Below the pieces are notes generated by a model, which had not been told where the DNA came from, ran no database searches, and saw only the letters and a list, made by a program, of their open reading frames with translations. Shown here piece after piece: positions 51,512 through 60,405 of a stretch of 64,000 nt of DNA. Numbering within the stretch: position 1 is the stretch's first letter; every line of letters starts with the position of its first letter. Both the position numbers and the translations under genes were made by a program. The stretch comes from a virus: IMG/VR virus record IMGVR_UViG_3300036826_000588, positions 1 through 64,000 of that record. The stretch is one strand, 5' to 3'.

Positions 51512-51875
51512 ACCTCAACATCGAACGAGCGATCCACGCGGTTACCCTTCAACACGAGAAGACCAGCACTCGCTCCGGGAAACCACTTCCCTGTCGGCCA
51601 GTCTTCTCCGCTGGCGGCCGGCAGGACACGGATCGCTCAGCCAGCAGAGTACGCGAGGAGGTGGACGACGTGCCCGGGTAGTTATGTCGAAACGACCGAA
51701 CTACCTTGGAACCTTCCTCTCCGACATGAAGGAAGCACGTCGCTACTCGTGCGACTGGCGCAGCGCACCAGACAAGGCCGCCGCGCACCGCAAGTTCCGA
51801 CGCCTGGCACGCCAGCTCCTACTCCATCGCCAGGAGCCGCCAACGCGACTGGGCATGGGCTGGTACTGGTGAGGG

Positions 51876-52731
51876 TCAGCGGCGGAAGAGGACCCAGGCG
51901 AGGGCCGCCGCCAGGAAGATCACCAGCGCCGCCAGTACGCCGATGGTGACGTACAGGCCGTTGAGGTAGCGGCCAATGCCGCGCCCGAGGTCTTGCACGA
52001 GGGGAGCGTAATCGAACGTCAGCCGGGGTGGCCGTGGCCGAGAGGAGAGGCGCCACGCTGTGACCGTGGTATACGCGGGATCGTCGACCCGCCGGTCACC
52101 CCAGCGACGTTCAGGACTCACCGTCGTCCCCGTCGCCGTCCTCGTCATCGTAGACGGGCCGGTGTGGGTCGCGCAGGCGGAAGAGGATCTCCTGGGCCCT
52201 GAACAACGTGTCCATCATCGGCACGATGCGCTGCCTGACCTTCAGGCTCTCGTACTCCTCGCGAGACGGGACGCTGTCCAGGAGCTGGTTCGCGCGCTCG
52301 CGCAGCGTGCCCGGCATGCGATCCACGCCCTGGAGGTTCAGGTCTTCGAGCTGGAAGAGTAGGTCGTCGATCCCGTGGATAACGCGGTCGAGCTGGTCCT
52401 TGCGCCACTTGCGGCGGATCTCCTCCACGTGGAGACGTTCGATGTCGCGGTTGGCTTCCTGGATCATCATGGCCTACCGGAGATAGACGCTGCGGCATGT
52501 TGCCGCGGTCGGTCAGTCGTCGGTCGGCCTGAACGTCCAGATGTGCCCTTTGGTGCACCTCGCGATCCACTGGAGGGGGTCGTCGGTGATGTAGTCGCTG
52601 TCCAAGTTCACTTGGCCCGCGGCCACGCAATCCGGACAGAACGCCTTCGCGGCAGGGATGTCGCGACCGGCGATGGTGACGCTGGTGATCTCGCGGGTCT
52701 CCCCGCGGTTCGCAGCCATTCGGAAGATCAT
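51876..52731 (-). other. Three small antisense genes inside the tRNA array (51876-52148 membrane protein, 52111-52470, 52513-52731 zinc ribbon)
   Basis: ORF track and plausible composition. Confidence 0.55.
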
Positions 52732-52742
52732 ACTCTCGACGT

Positions 52743-52819
52743 GCGCGGGTAGCTCAGCCTGGCAGAGCAGCGAGCTGATATCTCGAAGATCGGAGGTTCA
52801 AGTCCTCCCCTGCGCACCA
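52743..52819 (+). tRNA. tRNA-Ile(GAT)
   Basis: Cloverleaf, ACCA. Confidence 0.92.
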
Positions 52820-52847
52820 ACTTGAAGTACCATCCCCGCTCTCACTT

Positions 52848-52921
52848 CCGGCGGTAGCTCAGGAGAGTAGAGCGGTTCCTTTATAAGGTTCAGGTCGCGG
52901 GTTCGAGGCCCGTCCGCCGGC
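52848..52921 (+). tRNA. tRNA-Ile(TAT)-like, weak anticodon stem, no CCA
   Basis: CCGGCGG/CCGCCGG acceptor, loop TTTATAA, two T-T mismatches in the stem. Confidence 0.65.
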
Positions 52922-53131
52922 TGAGAGCTGGGGGGTGGGTGGCCATGTAGCTCGCCCGCAGGGGACCATCCATCCGTGGGTTGGGAGGCCAGGCGGATCA
53001 TCTCAGCCGGTCCACCGACGCGGCCACCACCCCGCAGCCGCAGCGAAGTGTGGCAAACTGCGCCGTCCTTTGGTATAGGGCACGTGATCCGCCTTTGGGA
53101 CATACGCCCGCCGCTTGGAATTCCCGATCGT

Positions 53132-53207
53132 GCGCCCGTAGCTCACCGGATAGAGCGCCTCCCTGCGAAGGAGGAGGCAGCAGGTTCGATTCCTGCCTGG
53201 CGCACCA
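53132..53207 (+). tRNA. tRNA-Arg(GCG)
   Basis: Loop CTGCGAA, A20, ACCA. Confidence 0.9.
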
Positions 53208-53391
53208 TCTCTCTTCACATAATTGGTGGTCGTGCGTCGTACCGCTTCGCTACCTTCCCGGCCCGGTATGGCACAGTTCCTTGCAGGGCTCGCGATTGGT
53301 TTGATCGTCGGCGCGTGCGGCGGCGTGTTCGTCATGGCTGCTCTCGTCAGCAGCGCTCGTTCGGACCGGCCTGGATAGGTCGGCCCCTCAC

Positions 53392-53467
53392 GCCCTTGTA
53401 GCTCAGTGGTAGAGCAGCCGCCTTGTAAGCGGAAGGTCGGGGGTTCGATTCCGCCCCAGGGGCTCCA
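53392..53467 (+). tRNA. tRNA-Thr(TGT)
   Basis: Cloverleaf, TCCA. Confidence 0.9.
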
Positions 53468-53661
53468 TCTGCAAGTTTTGGCCGTCTCACCTCCCCTATA
53501 TAGGTAGGAGGTGATTCCAGGATGGCCCACCCGAAGTGCTGCGTTTGCGATCGACCGGCGGATCGGATCGACGAGGAGTATGGCGAGGCGTTCTGCCGCC
53601 GGTGCTGGGACAGCTACCCGCCAGAAGAACAAGGCCCATACCGCCTCATCGATCCTGACGA

Positions 53662-53738
53662 GGGCCTGTAGCTCAGCGGATCAGAGCGCCACGGTTCGAA
53701 CGTGATGGTCGCGGGTTCGAGTCCTGCCAGGCCCTCCA
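53662..53738 (+). tRNA. tRNA-Arg(TCG)
   Basis: Loop GTTCGAA, TCCA. Confidence 0.9.
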
Positions 53739-53801
53739 CTCATACCCTCACAAGCCTTGTCACTGGCGCGTTTCTGACAATGTGGCTTATAGTGGCCCTT
53801 C

Positions 53802-54188
53802 ATGGCAACGAGAACACGGCGGAGAACGGCGGGCGCCGGTGAGAGCATCGCGGCTCAGATCCAGCAACTCGTGAAGGAGCGCGACGACCTCAAGGTCGAG
53901 AACGCGAACCTCAAGGCTCACTTGGAGGCGATCAGCTCAGCGCTGAGGCACGTGGGCGCCCAGGCAACGGGTGGTCGCGGGCGCGGGCGCAGCTCCGGGC
54001 TGGCAGCGGCTGCCCCGGTCTCCGAGAAGCGCAAGCGCCGGCCGATCACCGACCCGGAGGTGCTCGCGCGGCGTCATGCAGCACTCGCGAAGGCGCGGGC
54101 CGCGCGTGCAGAGCGCCTGGCGGCAGCTCGCGCAGCCGCACAGGGAGAGACGGCGGCGCCGGCCGAGCCCGCGGTGGTCGAGGCGTAG
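53802..54188 (+). CDS. Basic coiled-coil protein (possible nucleoid-associated protein)
   Basis: Coiled coil then RGRGR and KRKRR; TATAGT box just upstream. Confidence 0.6.
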   Translation: MATRTRRRTAGAGESIAAQIQQLVKERDDLKVENANLKAHLEAISSALRHVGAQATGGRGRGRSSGLAAAAPVSEKRKRRPITDPEVLARRHAALAKARAARAERLAAARAAAQGETAAPAEPAVVEA

Positions 54189-54215
54189 AGCGCAACGCGT
54201 GCAGGACAGGTTGAC

Positions 54216-54291
54216 GCCCCCGTAGCTCAGAGGACAGAGCAGGGAGCTTCTACCTCCAAGGCCGGGCGTTCGAGTCGTCCCGGGGGCACCA
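54216..54291 (+). tRNA. tRNA-Arg(TCT)
   Basis: Cloverleaf, ACCA. Confidence 0.9.
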
Positions 54292-54798
54292 CCTGACTGC
54301 TACACTCCCTTCGTGAGCGGGGGACCCGGAAAGCTGCTCTCCAAGCCGCCGAAGACAGGCTGGGGGTCGTGGCTGCTGACGGCGGCGATCATCGCCGGGG
54401 CGATCGTGGCCGAAAGCCTCTTCCGTCCCCAGACAAACTCGATCATCCGCGTATGGACAGACATCGCGGGCCGACCCAGCGTTGAAGTCACCGAAAGCGA
54501 GCGTGACCATCGTGTCTGAGCCCGCCGCAGTCCCCGCAGCAGTGCCGACCGTTCAGGTTCAGGTGGGGCTGCACTTCAAGCTGGTCTTCATCGTCCTGAC
54601 GCTGATGGTCGCGTTCCTCTTTCTGGCCGCCGGCTTCCTGGCCCTGTTTGGGAACCGCTGGGGTGGAGATCCGGGGGCCATTTCGTCCGTCACCAGCGCG
54701 CTGATGGAGGCGGAGAAGTACCTCGTTGGCGGACTCGTCGGCATGGTGGGCGGGAAGGCCGTCCACTAAGCCCCCAGGCGGCGTGCGGCCCGAATACA

Positions 54799-55527
54799 AT
54801 GGGCCGCGGCATGAGCAACGACCTCCCTCAACTGTCTCCTGATGGCAAGTGGCGCTGGGATGGCCAGCGGTGGGTTCCCAACGAGAGCGCTCCGCCAGGC
54901 GGGGCGACGAACAGCATGACGCCGCCCGTTGCGCCGGCCAGACGCAGTCGCCGCTGGCCCTGGTTCGTCGCCGTGGCTGCGGTGCTGTTCGTCGGAGTCT
55001 GCACCACCGCGGTCGCGAACTCGGGTGGCAGCGGACGCAAGGCTGCTGGCGTGTCGGCCACCCAGGCGCCGGCAGCGCCGACCCAGGCGCCCACGGCAAG
55101 GACTGCCCAGCCCGCTGCTCCGGCTCGCGACGGGTCCTGCTCGCCGCAGCCCTGCGCCAACGACAACTACGGCTGGATCGTCAACGTCAGCAGCTTCAAG
55201 TACGACGCGCCCAGCGGCAACGAGTTCGAGAAGCCCGAGGTCGGCAACGTGTACGTCACCCTCGCGGTGACCTTCACCAACAAGCTCGGCAGTGAGCAGC
55301 ACGCGAACCCGCTCAACTTCGTCCTGCTGGACGGGGCCGGGGTCAAGCATACGGTCACGTTCACCGACGCCTGCCCCATCTGGGACGCCGTCAATCTCAC
55401 GCCTGGCGCGTCGTTCGGACCGAAGTGCCTGGCGTTCGAGGCGACCGCGGGCAAGCCGGGCGGCCTGACGCTGGTCTGGACGCCGTCACTGCTCGGCGGC
55501 GGCGACTACGACATCAAGCTGAGCTAG
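54799..55527 (+). CDS. DUF4352 (MPT63-like Ig-fold) membrane protein
   Basis: N-terminal QLSPDGKWRWDG, TM helix, FEKPEVGNVYV...NPLNFVLLDG.G. Confidence 0.75.
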   Translation: MGRGMSNDLPQLSPDGKWRWDGQRWVPNESAPPGGATNSMTPPVAPARRSRRWPWFVAVAAVLFVGVCTTAVANSGGSGRKAAGVSATQAPAAPTQAPTARTAQPAAPARDGSCSPQPCANDNYGWIVNVSSFKYDAPSGNEFEKPEVGNVYVTLAVTFTNKLGSEQHANPLNFVLLDGAGVKHTVTFTDACPIWDAVNLTPGASFGPKCLAFEATAGKPGGLTLVWTPSLLGGGDYDIKLS

Positions 55528-55566
55528 CGCGCGACCCGAGGCGCGAGTACATCGATCCGTGAACGT

Positions 55567-55641
55567 GCGTCCGTAACTCAGCGGCAGAGTGGCGGCCTCT
55601 TAAGCCGAGCTGCGTGGGTTCGAGTCCCACCGGACGCACCA
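55567..55641 (+). tRNA. tRNA-Lys(CTT)
   Basis: Cloverleaf, ACCA. Confidence 0.92.
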
Positions 55642-55940
55642 TCTTCAACTCGAATCCGACACCCCAGGCGGCGGCCCTGGTAGGCTCGCGGCGACGGGCG
55701 GTGGATGGCCTCCGATCTCCCTGGAGGTCTGCAAGATGCAGAACATCATCGTCGGTCGCTATGAACCCACCGAGGGCCTGCTGCGCCCTGACGGCACCGT
55801 CGAGCGCGTGTGGGACGGGTGGATCGAGCCGGCGGACCGATCATGGATCGCCTTCGTTCGGACGGCGGACCACCTGCCGGAGGTCTACCTGAACCGCGAC
55901 CCGGAGACGGGAGCTGTCATCGAGTAGGTCCCCCGGGCGT

Positions 55941-56015
55941 GCCGGTGTGGCATAGGTGGCTGTGCAGTTGCCTTTTAAGCTCCAGACGCGGGTTCGACTC
56001 CTGCCGCCGGCACCA
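55941..56015 (+). tRNA. tRNA-Lys(TTT), mismatched anticodon stem
   Basis: Loop CTTTTAA, ACCA. Confidence 0.8.
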
Positions 56016-56248
56016 CCGCTTGCATCACGCAGGCCATCTCCTCCATGGACATGGACGCCTGTTGGAGCGCTTTGAGGAACGGCCGCAAGTCCACCATCAG
56101 CCGGGCTGAATGGTCATGGCCGGCCATTCGGAGCCAGGCCGCCCGATCGAGGCCGTGGAGCTCCGCAAGCCGTTGCTGTTCCTGCTGTTCGTGACGCGCG
56201 CGATCGGCGGCGGCGGCGGTGGCCATCTTGCTCTGGAACGTCACGTAC

Positions 56249-56326
56249 GCCTCCGTAGCTCAGCGGACAGAGCGCCGGCATCCGAAGCCGGGTCCGTCGC
56301 AGGTTCGATTCCTGCCGGAGGTACCA
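56249..56326 (+). tRNA. tRNA-Arg(CCG)
   Basis: Cloverleaf, ACCA. Confidence 0.9.
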
Positions 56327-56762
56327 TCCCGCCCACCTACTGGCTGGGCGCGCTCTCCCGCTTCAGCTTCAGGTACGCCTCTCGCCACTGGTCGACGAGG
56401 CTGCCCGCCCTCGCCGCCTGGACGCGAGCGATCGCTGCGTTGTGCCAGGCGACGACGGTCCAGTGGACCACTGCCCACCCGATGATCGAGAGCGCGAACC
56501 AGAACATGGCCAAGCCGAAGACGAACCAGTCATGCTTGACGGCGGCCGCAACGGCACCACTGCCGTTGATGCTGGCAGCCAGGAAGAGGATCCAGCTCAA
56601 GATCGTCTGCGCCCGCCGGGCACGGGCCCACAGGTCAGCAAAGTCCGACTGCGAAGCTCGGACTTGGTCGGCATCGTCAGAGGAGAGGGGGAGGGAGTCA
56701 GCCATGGCTCCGCGGCACAATACAGGGTGGGGACCCGATCGCGCTACCTTTCAGATCATCGT

Positions 56763-56838
56763 GGCCCCGTAGCTCAGGGGATAGAGCGGCAGCGTCCTAA
56801 GCTGCGCGCCGGGGGTTCAAGTCCTCCCGGGGCCACCA
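56763..56838 (+). tRNA. tRNA-Arg(CCT)
   Basis: Cloverleaf, ACCA. Confidence 0.93.
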
Positions 56839-57091
56839 TCTTCTCTTCGGTACTATCCCCGACATGACGGCCGAACTGGAAACCGAGCTGGAGCCGGACC
56901 TGGAGCCGGCGGTGTGCCTGACAGAACACATCGCCCACCTGATCCGGCGCACGGAGCGCAAGGCCGTGTGCGGGGCCTCGCCAGTCCTGCGTCTCTCCTC
57001 GATGGAGGATTGGCAGACCGCCTGGCGCGAACAGGCGAACACCTGGGACATCTGCCCTGGCTGCGCGGCCGGAGCAGTCGACGAGCTGAAC

Positions 57092-57167
57092 GCGGGCGTG
57101 GTGTAGACGGCAAGCACGGCGGTCTTCCAAATCGTCGGCACGGGTTCGAAGCCCGTCGCCCGCTCCA
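57092..57167 (+). tRNA. tRNA-Gly(TCC)
   Basis: Cloverleaf, TCCA. Confidence 0.92.
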
Positions 57168-57282
57168 ACCTCTTCGCCTATTCGGATCCGAGACGCCCGA
57201 CAGGCGCGTGATACCCTTCGAGACCTCCTGGATGGAGGCGCCGGGGTGTCATGCAGCGCCCCGGCGCCGCGGTTTCCCCAGG

Positions 57283-57705
57283 TCAGGACGCCGCGGCGAG
57301 CACGTCCTCCTTGGAGTAGCCCATCAGCTCGGCGGCCGTGAGCAGGAGGTTCTTCCACTCCAGCTCCAGCTCCAGCTCCTGTTCGCCCCAGCCACCGGCT
57401 GCGCGCTTGAGGGTCTCGATCAGCACCTTCGCCACCGGCAGGAACATCGCCGGCTGGACGCCGTAGCGGCGGTGCCGTTCCCCGAGTGCGCAGAGGTGCG
57501 TCTTCAGGTACTCCGGGTCCTCCAGGTGGAGCATCAGCTCGGCCATCTTCTCGCCGAACATCCGGACCTGGCCGTCCATGTTCCGCGGGAAGATGCGGCG
57601 CAACTCCGGGCACTCCTGGAACAGCGACTCGTAGAAGTGCTGGACCAGCCGGCCGTCGCGGTTGACCGCTTCCTCGAACGACGTCCGCAGCAGTTGTACG
57701 TTCAC
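57283..57705 (-). CDS. Single-domain globin (flavohemoglobin/Vgb-type globin fold)
   Basis: FYESLF..CPELRRIF, LGERHRRYGV (proximal His), GGAGG RBS; the frame stays open upstream to 58011. Confidence 0.85.
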   Translation of the reverse strand: MNVQLLRTSFEEAVNRDGRLVQHFYESLFQECPELRRIFPRNMDGQVRMFGEKMAELMLHLEDPEYLKTHLCALGERHRRYGVQPAMFLPVAKVLIETLKRAAGGWGEQELELELEWKNLLLTAAELMGYSKEDVLAAAS

Positions 57706-58088
57706 GTCCCCTCCCGGTGAGCGGGGGTACGCCGTCCAGGGCTGCGGGCCACGCTCCACGCGCGCGACGCCAAGGGCTTCCCGGAGCTGCCAGTGCGCAC
57801 TCCCAGCGCTGGCAGCCTCACCGGCGAAGACGAACTCCGCGCCCTGGTCATGCAGCGCCTGCATGACCTCGACGGCCTCGGCGCGCCCGCCCTGGCAAAC
57901 GGTGGCCCACCAGCGAGGACCGATCCTCATGCAGACGTACGTCAAGCGCTGCCAGGCGGGTAAGAGGTCAAGCTCCTGACGCCTTTCGCCCAGCCGTTGA
58001 AGCCAGCGCACGCCGACTACCCCCTCTCGCTCACGATCGGGGGATTGAAGCGCAGTCGAGACCGCTGTGTCAAGTTTCCGACACTGGC

Positions 58089-58117
58089 TTGACGAATGGG
58101 CAGAAGTGCGCTATGGT
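58089..58117 (+). promoter_or_regulatory. Promoter of tRNA array 2
   Basis: TTGACG-17-TATGGT, same -10 as the array 1 promoter. Confidence 0.75.
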
Positions 58118-58126
58118 GACGATACC

Positions 58127-58174
58127 GTGTTCAGGTTGTATCTCTACTTGCTACTTAGTCGGTCATCCCTGTAG
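58127..58174 (+). CDS. Putative leader peptide MFRLYLYLLLSRSSL
   Basis: GTG 9 nt after the -10 box; 11 of 14 codons are Leu/Tyr/Ser; overlaps hairpin 58151-58206. Confidence 0.65.
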   Translation: MFRLYLYLLLSRSSL

Positions 58175-58207
58175 CCCGCAAGGGCCTCTCGGGGATGCCG
58201 CTGTAGT

Positions 58208-58296
58208 GGGTGGTGAACATCGGACCGGCTCGGTGCTCCGTCTCGAAAACGGATGAGGCTGCAAGGCCAGGGGTTCAACTCCTCCGCCACCCGCCA
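58208..58296 (+). tRNA. tRNA-Ser(CGA) with 8/4 fold
   Basis: GGGTGGTG/CGCCACCC 8-bp acceptor, 4-bp T-stem, long variable arm, GCCA. Confidence 0.85.
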
Positions 58297-58337
58297 ACTG
58301 ACTTCGCTTGCGTTCGTCGTGTTCATTCACAAGACGT

Positions 58338-58424
58338 CGGCGGGTGGCGGAATCTGGCAGACGCACCGGGTTCAGACCCCGGGCCGGAAGGCACCTGCGG
58401 GTTCGACTCCCGCCCCGCCGACCA
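58338..58424 (+). tRNA. tRNA-Leu(CAG)
   Basis: GCGGAA..GGCAGACGC D-arm, long variable arm, ACCA. Confidence 0.92.
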
Positions 58425-58435
58425 ATACCTCTCTC

Positions 58436-58521
58436 GTCGGAGTGGCGGAACGGTAGACGCGCCGGGTCGAGAGCCCGGTGGGCACCAGCCCGTGGAGGTT
58501 CAACTCCTCTCTCCGACACCA
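58436..58521 (+). tRNA. tRNA-Leu(GAG)
   Basis: Loop TCGAGAG (C33), long variable arm, ACCA. Confidence 0.92.
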
Positions 58522-58522
58522 T

Positions 58523-58607
58523 GCGTGGGCTCGACTATGTGGCGAAGACAACGGGCTGTAAACCCGCCGTGAAAGCTGTGGTGGTTCGACTCCGCCCCCA
58601 CGCACCA
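58523..58607 (+). tRNA. tRNA-Tyr(GTA)
   Basis: Loop CTGTAAA, long variable region, ACCA; irregular D-arm. Confidence 0.88.
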
Positions 58608-58649
58608 ACACCCATCGCAACCGCGGCAATTTGCCGTAGAATCGGTGGC

Positions 58650-58901
58650 ATGACGAGAGCGATTCCCGAAGATGGCGAGGCCGAAGAGGCAGAGCAGGTG
58701 AAACACACGCTCCAGTTGCCGCTGAAGCTCTGGGAGGCATTCGGGCGGCGTGCGCGCCGGAGCGGCATTTCCAAAGCGGAAGCGCTGCGCAGAGCGGTAT
58801 GGGTCTTCAACTTCCTGGCCGACAGAATCGATGACGGCTCCGAGATCATCATTCGTGACAAGGATGGCAAGGAGCAGCGCCTGGTCATCTCGCCCTACTG
58901 A
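58650..58901 (+). CDS. Ribbon-helix-helix (CopG-like) regulator
   Basis: HTLQLP...W......ARRSGISKAEALRRAV; TAGAAT 7 nt before ATG. Confidence 0.75.
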   Translation: MTRAIPEDGEAEEAEQVKHTLQLPLKLWEAFGRRARRSGISKAEALRRAVWVFNFLADRIDDGSEIIIRDKDGKEQRLVISPY

Positions 58902-58906
58902 TCGAC

Positions 58907-58984
58907 GCCGTCTTACCCCACGCTGGCAGAGGGCGCCGGCTCAAACCCGGTTCAGGGCGGGTTCGACTCCCGCAGACGGCACCA
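58907..58984 (+). tRNA. tRNA-Leu(CAA) with short variable region
   Basis: Loop CTCAAAC, ACCA. Confidence 0.88.
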
Positions 58985-58986
58985 AC

Positions 58987-59079
58987 GGAGCGGTGGCCGA
59001 GTGGCAAGGCAACGGTCTGCTACACCGTCGAGGGGGCCCGTAGAGGGTTCCTGCGCGAGTTCGATCCTCGCCCGCTCCG
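58987..59079 (+). tRNA. tRNA-Ser(GCT)
   Basis: GGAG start, long variable arm, G73, no encoded CCA. Confidence 0.92.
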
Positions 59080-59570
59080 CTCTCCCCCTGAGCGTCCGAT
59101 GCCGGACAGTAGAACGCTCTGGAGAAGGGCACGCTGGCAGGACACCGCATGTGGACAGCCATCAGCACCGCACCCGATACGGTCTCAGGCGCTGCCGCCC
59201 TGCTCGGCGGAGTGCTCGGGATGGTTGCCTGGAGCCTGGAGCTCCCGTTGGAGCCGGTCGCAGCGGTCGCCGGCCTCGTGACGCATGTCGTGGCCTGCCG
59301 GCTGGGTCATGCTGGCCCGGCCGGCCAAGCTCTCCATGCCGCCTGTGAAGCATGGCATGCTGGATGGCACGCGGTGGCCAGGCTGGCCATCGCGTGACGG
59401 TCTCCCTCAAAAAGGTCGAGCCCAAGCGCGGACGCCAGGGCTCGAACCAGGGGGGGAGGGATGTCGGATAGAGGGGGGACGGCTGGTCGGCCACCGGCGC
59501 CGGGCATGGACCGGGCCCGCAACCAACCTGCCGGCGTCAAGTGTAGTGCGTCGGGCTATCTTGACGCCAC

Positions 59571-60059
59571 ATGAGCAAGGCTGCGCTTCGGCGTCTGTAC
59601 GACGAGCTTCCGACCATCGAGTGCCAGGGCCTGTGCCAGGACTCCTGCGGGCCGATCGGGATGTCTGATGAGGAGTACACGCTGATCTGCCGTCACCTCG
59701 GTCGGCCGATCCCCGACGCCGGGAAGGCTGACCAGGGCGTGCGTATCTGGCCGCCGCTGCCGGACCTGACGTGCCCGCTCCTGGGCGCGAACGGGCGGTG
59801 CACCGTCTATGCTCTGCGGCCGCTGATCTGCCGCCTCTGGGGCGTCGTGGAGTCCATGCCGTGCCCGCACGGCTGCCAGCCCACGCCGCGGTACCTGACC
59901 AACCGGGAGGGGTTCGTGCTGCTCCAGCGCGCCGACGGGATGACCGCGGCGGAGGCCGAGGCGTTCATCGGCTACGGCGAGCACCGCGGGTTCCTGGGGG
60001 CTGTCGAGGAGCTCTATGGGCTGGCGCGGACGCCCATCATCCGGCCCCGCTCTGGATGA
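59571..60059 (+). CDS. YkgJ-family CxxCxxCC cysteine-cluster protein
   Basis: CQGLCQDSCG...CPLL...GRCTVY..RPLICR.WG. Confidence 0.85.
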   Translation: MSKAALRRLYDELPTIECQGLCQDSCGPIGMSDEEYTLICRHLGRPIPDAGKADQGVRIWPPLPDLTCPLLGANGRCTVYALRPLICRLWGVVESMPCPHGCQPTPRYLTNREGFVLLQRADGMTAAEAEAFIGYGEHRGFLGAVEELYGLARTPIIRPRSG

Positions 60060-60405
60060 GCTGCATCTGCCCCTTCAGTTCGCGCAGGCGGGCCCGGCGG
60101 CCGGCCGCCGTCAGGCGGTGGCGGATCCCCGAGCGCTCCAGGTAGCGGGCTTCGAGGTTGGGGCGGTACTCGGCGACCGCCTCCACCCAACCGGGCAGGG
60201 GATCGCCCCTACCCTCCTTGGCGCAGGCGAAGCACCAGGCCAGCGGCGGCTGCCCCTGAACACGGCGCTTCGCATTCAGGCTTCGGAGCAGGACTTCCCC
60301 GCCCATCGCGCCCGGCTCGGGCGCGACCGTCATGTGCTCGAACGTGGAGAAGGGATTGACCCGGGTGTCGTGGACCGGACAGGTGTACTGGGCGACGTGG
60401 CTCAT
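60037..60405 (-). CDS. Hypothetical zinc-binding protein
   Basis: CPVH...CFAC; ATGA coupling. Confidence 0.55.
   Translation of the reverse strand: MSHVAQYTCPVHDTRVNPFSTFEHMTVAPEPGAMGGEVLLRSLNAKRRVQGQPPLAWCFACAKEGRGDPLPGWVEAVAEYRPNLEARYLERSGIRHRLTAAGRRARLRELKGQMQLIQSGAG

Noticed and set aside
52921-53040. tmRNA fragment
   Set aside because: No Ala-type acceptor ends, T-arm or tag ORF recognisable
58907-58984. TCA (Sec/opal suppressor) anticodon
   Set aside because: The 7-nt loop CTCAAAC centres on CAA; no Sec-type arms
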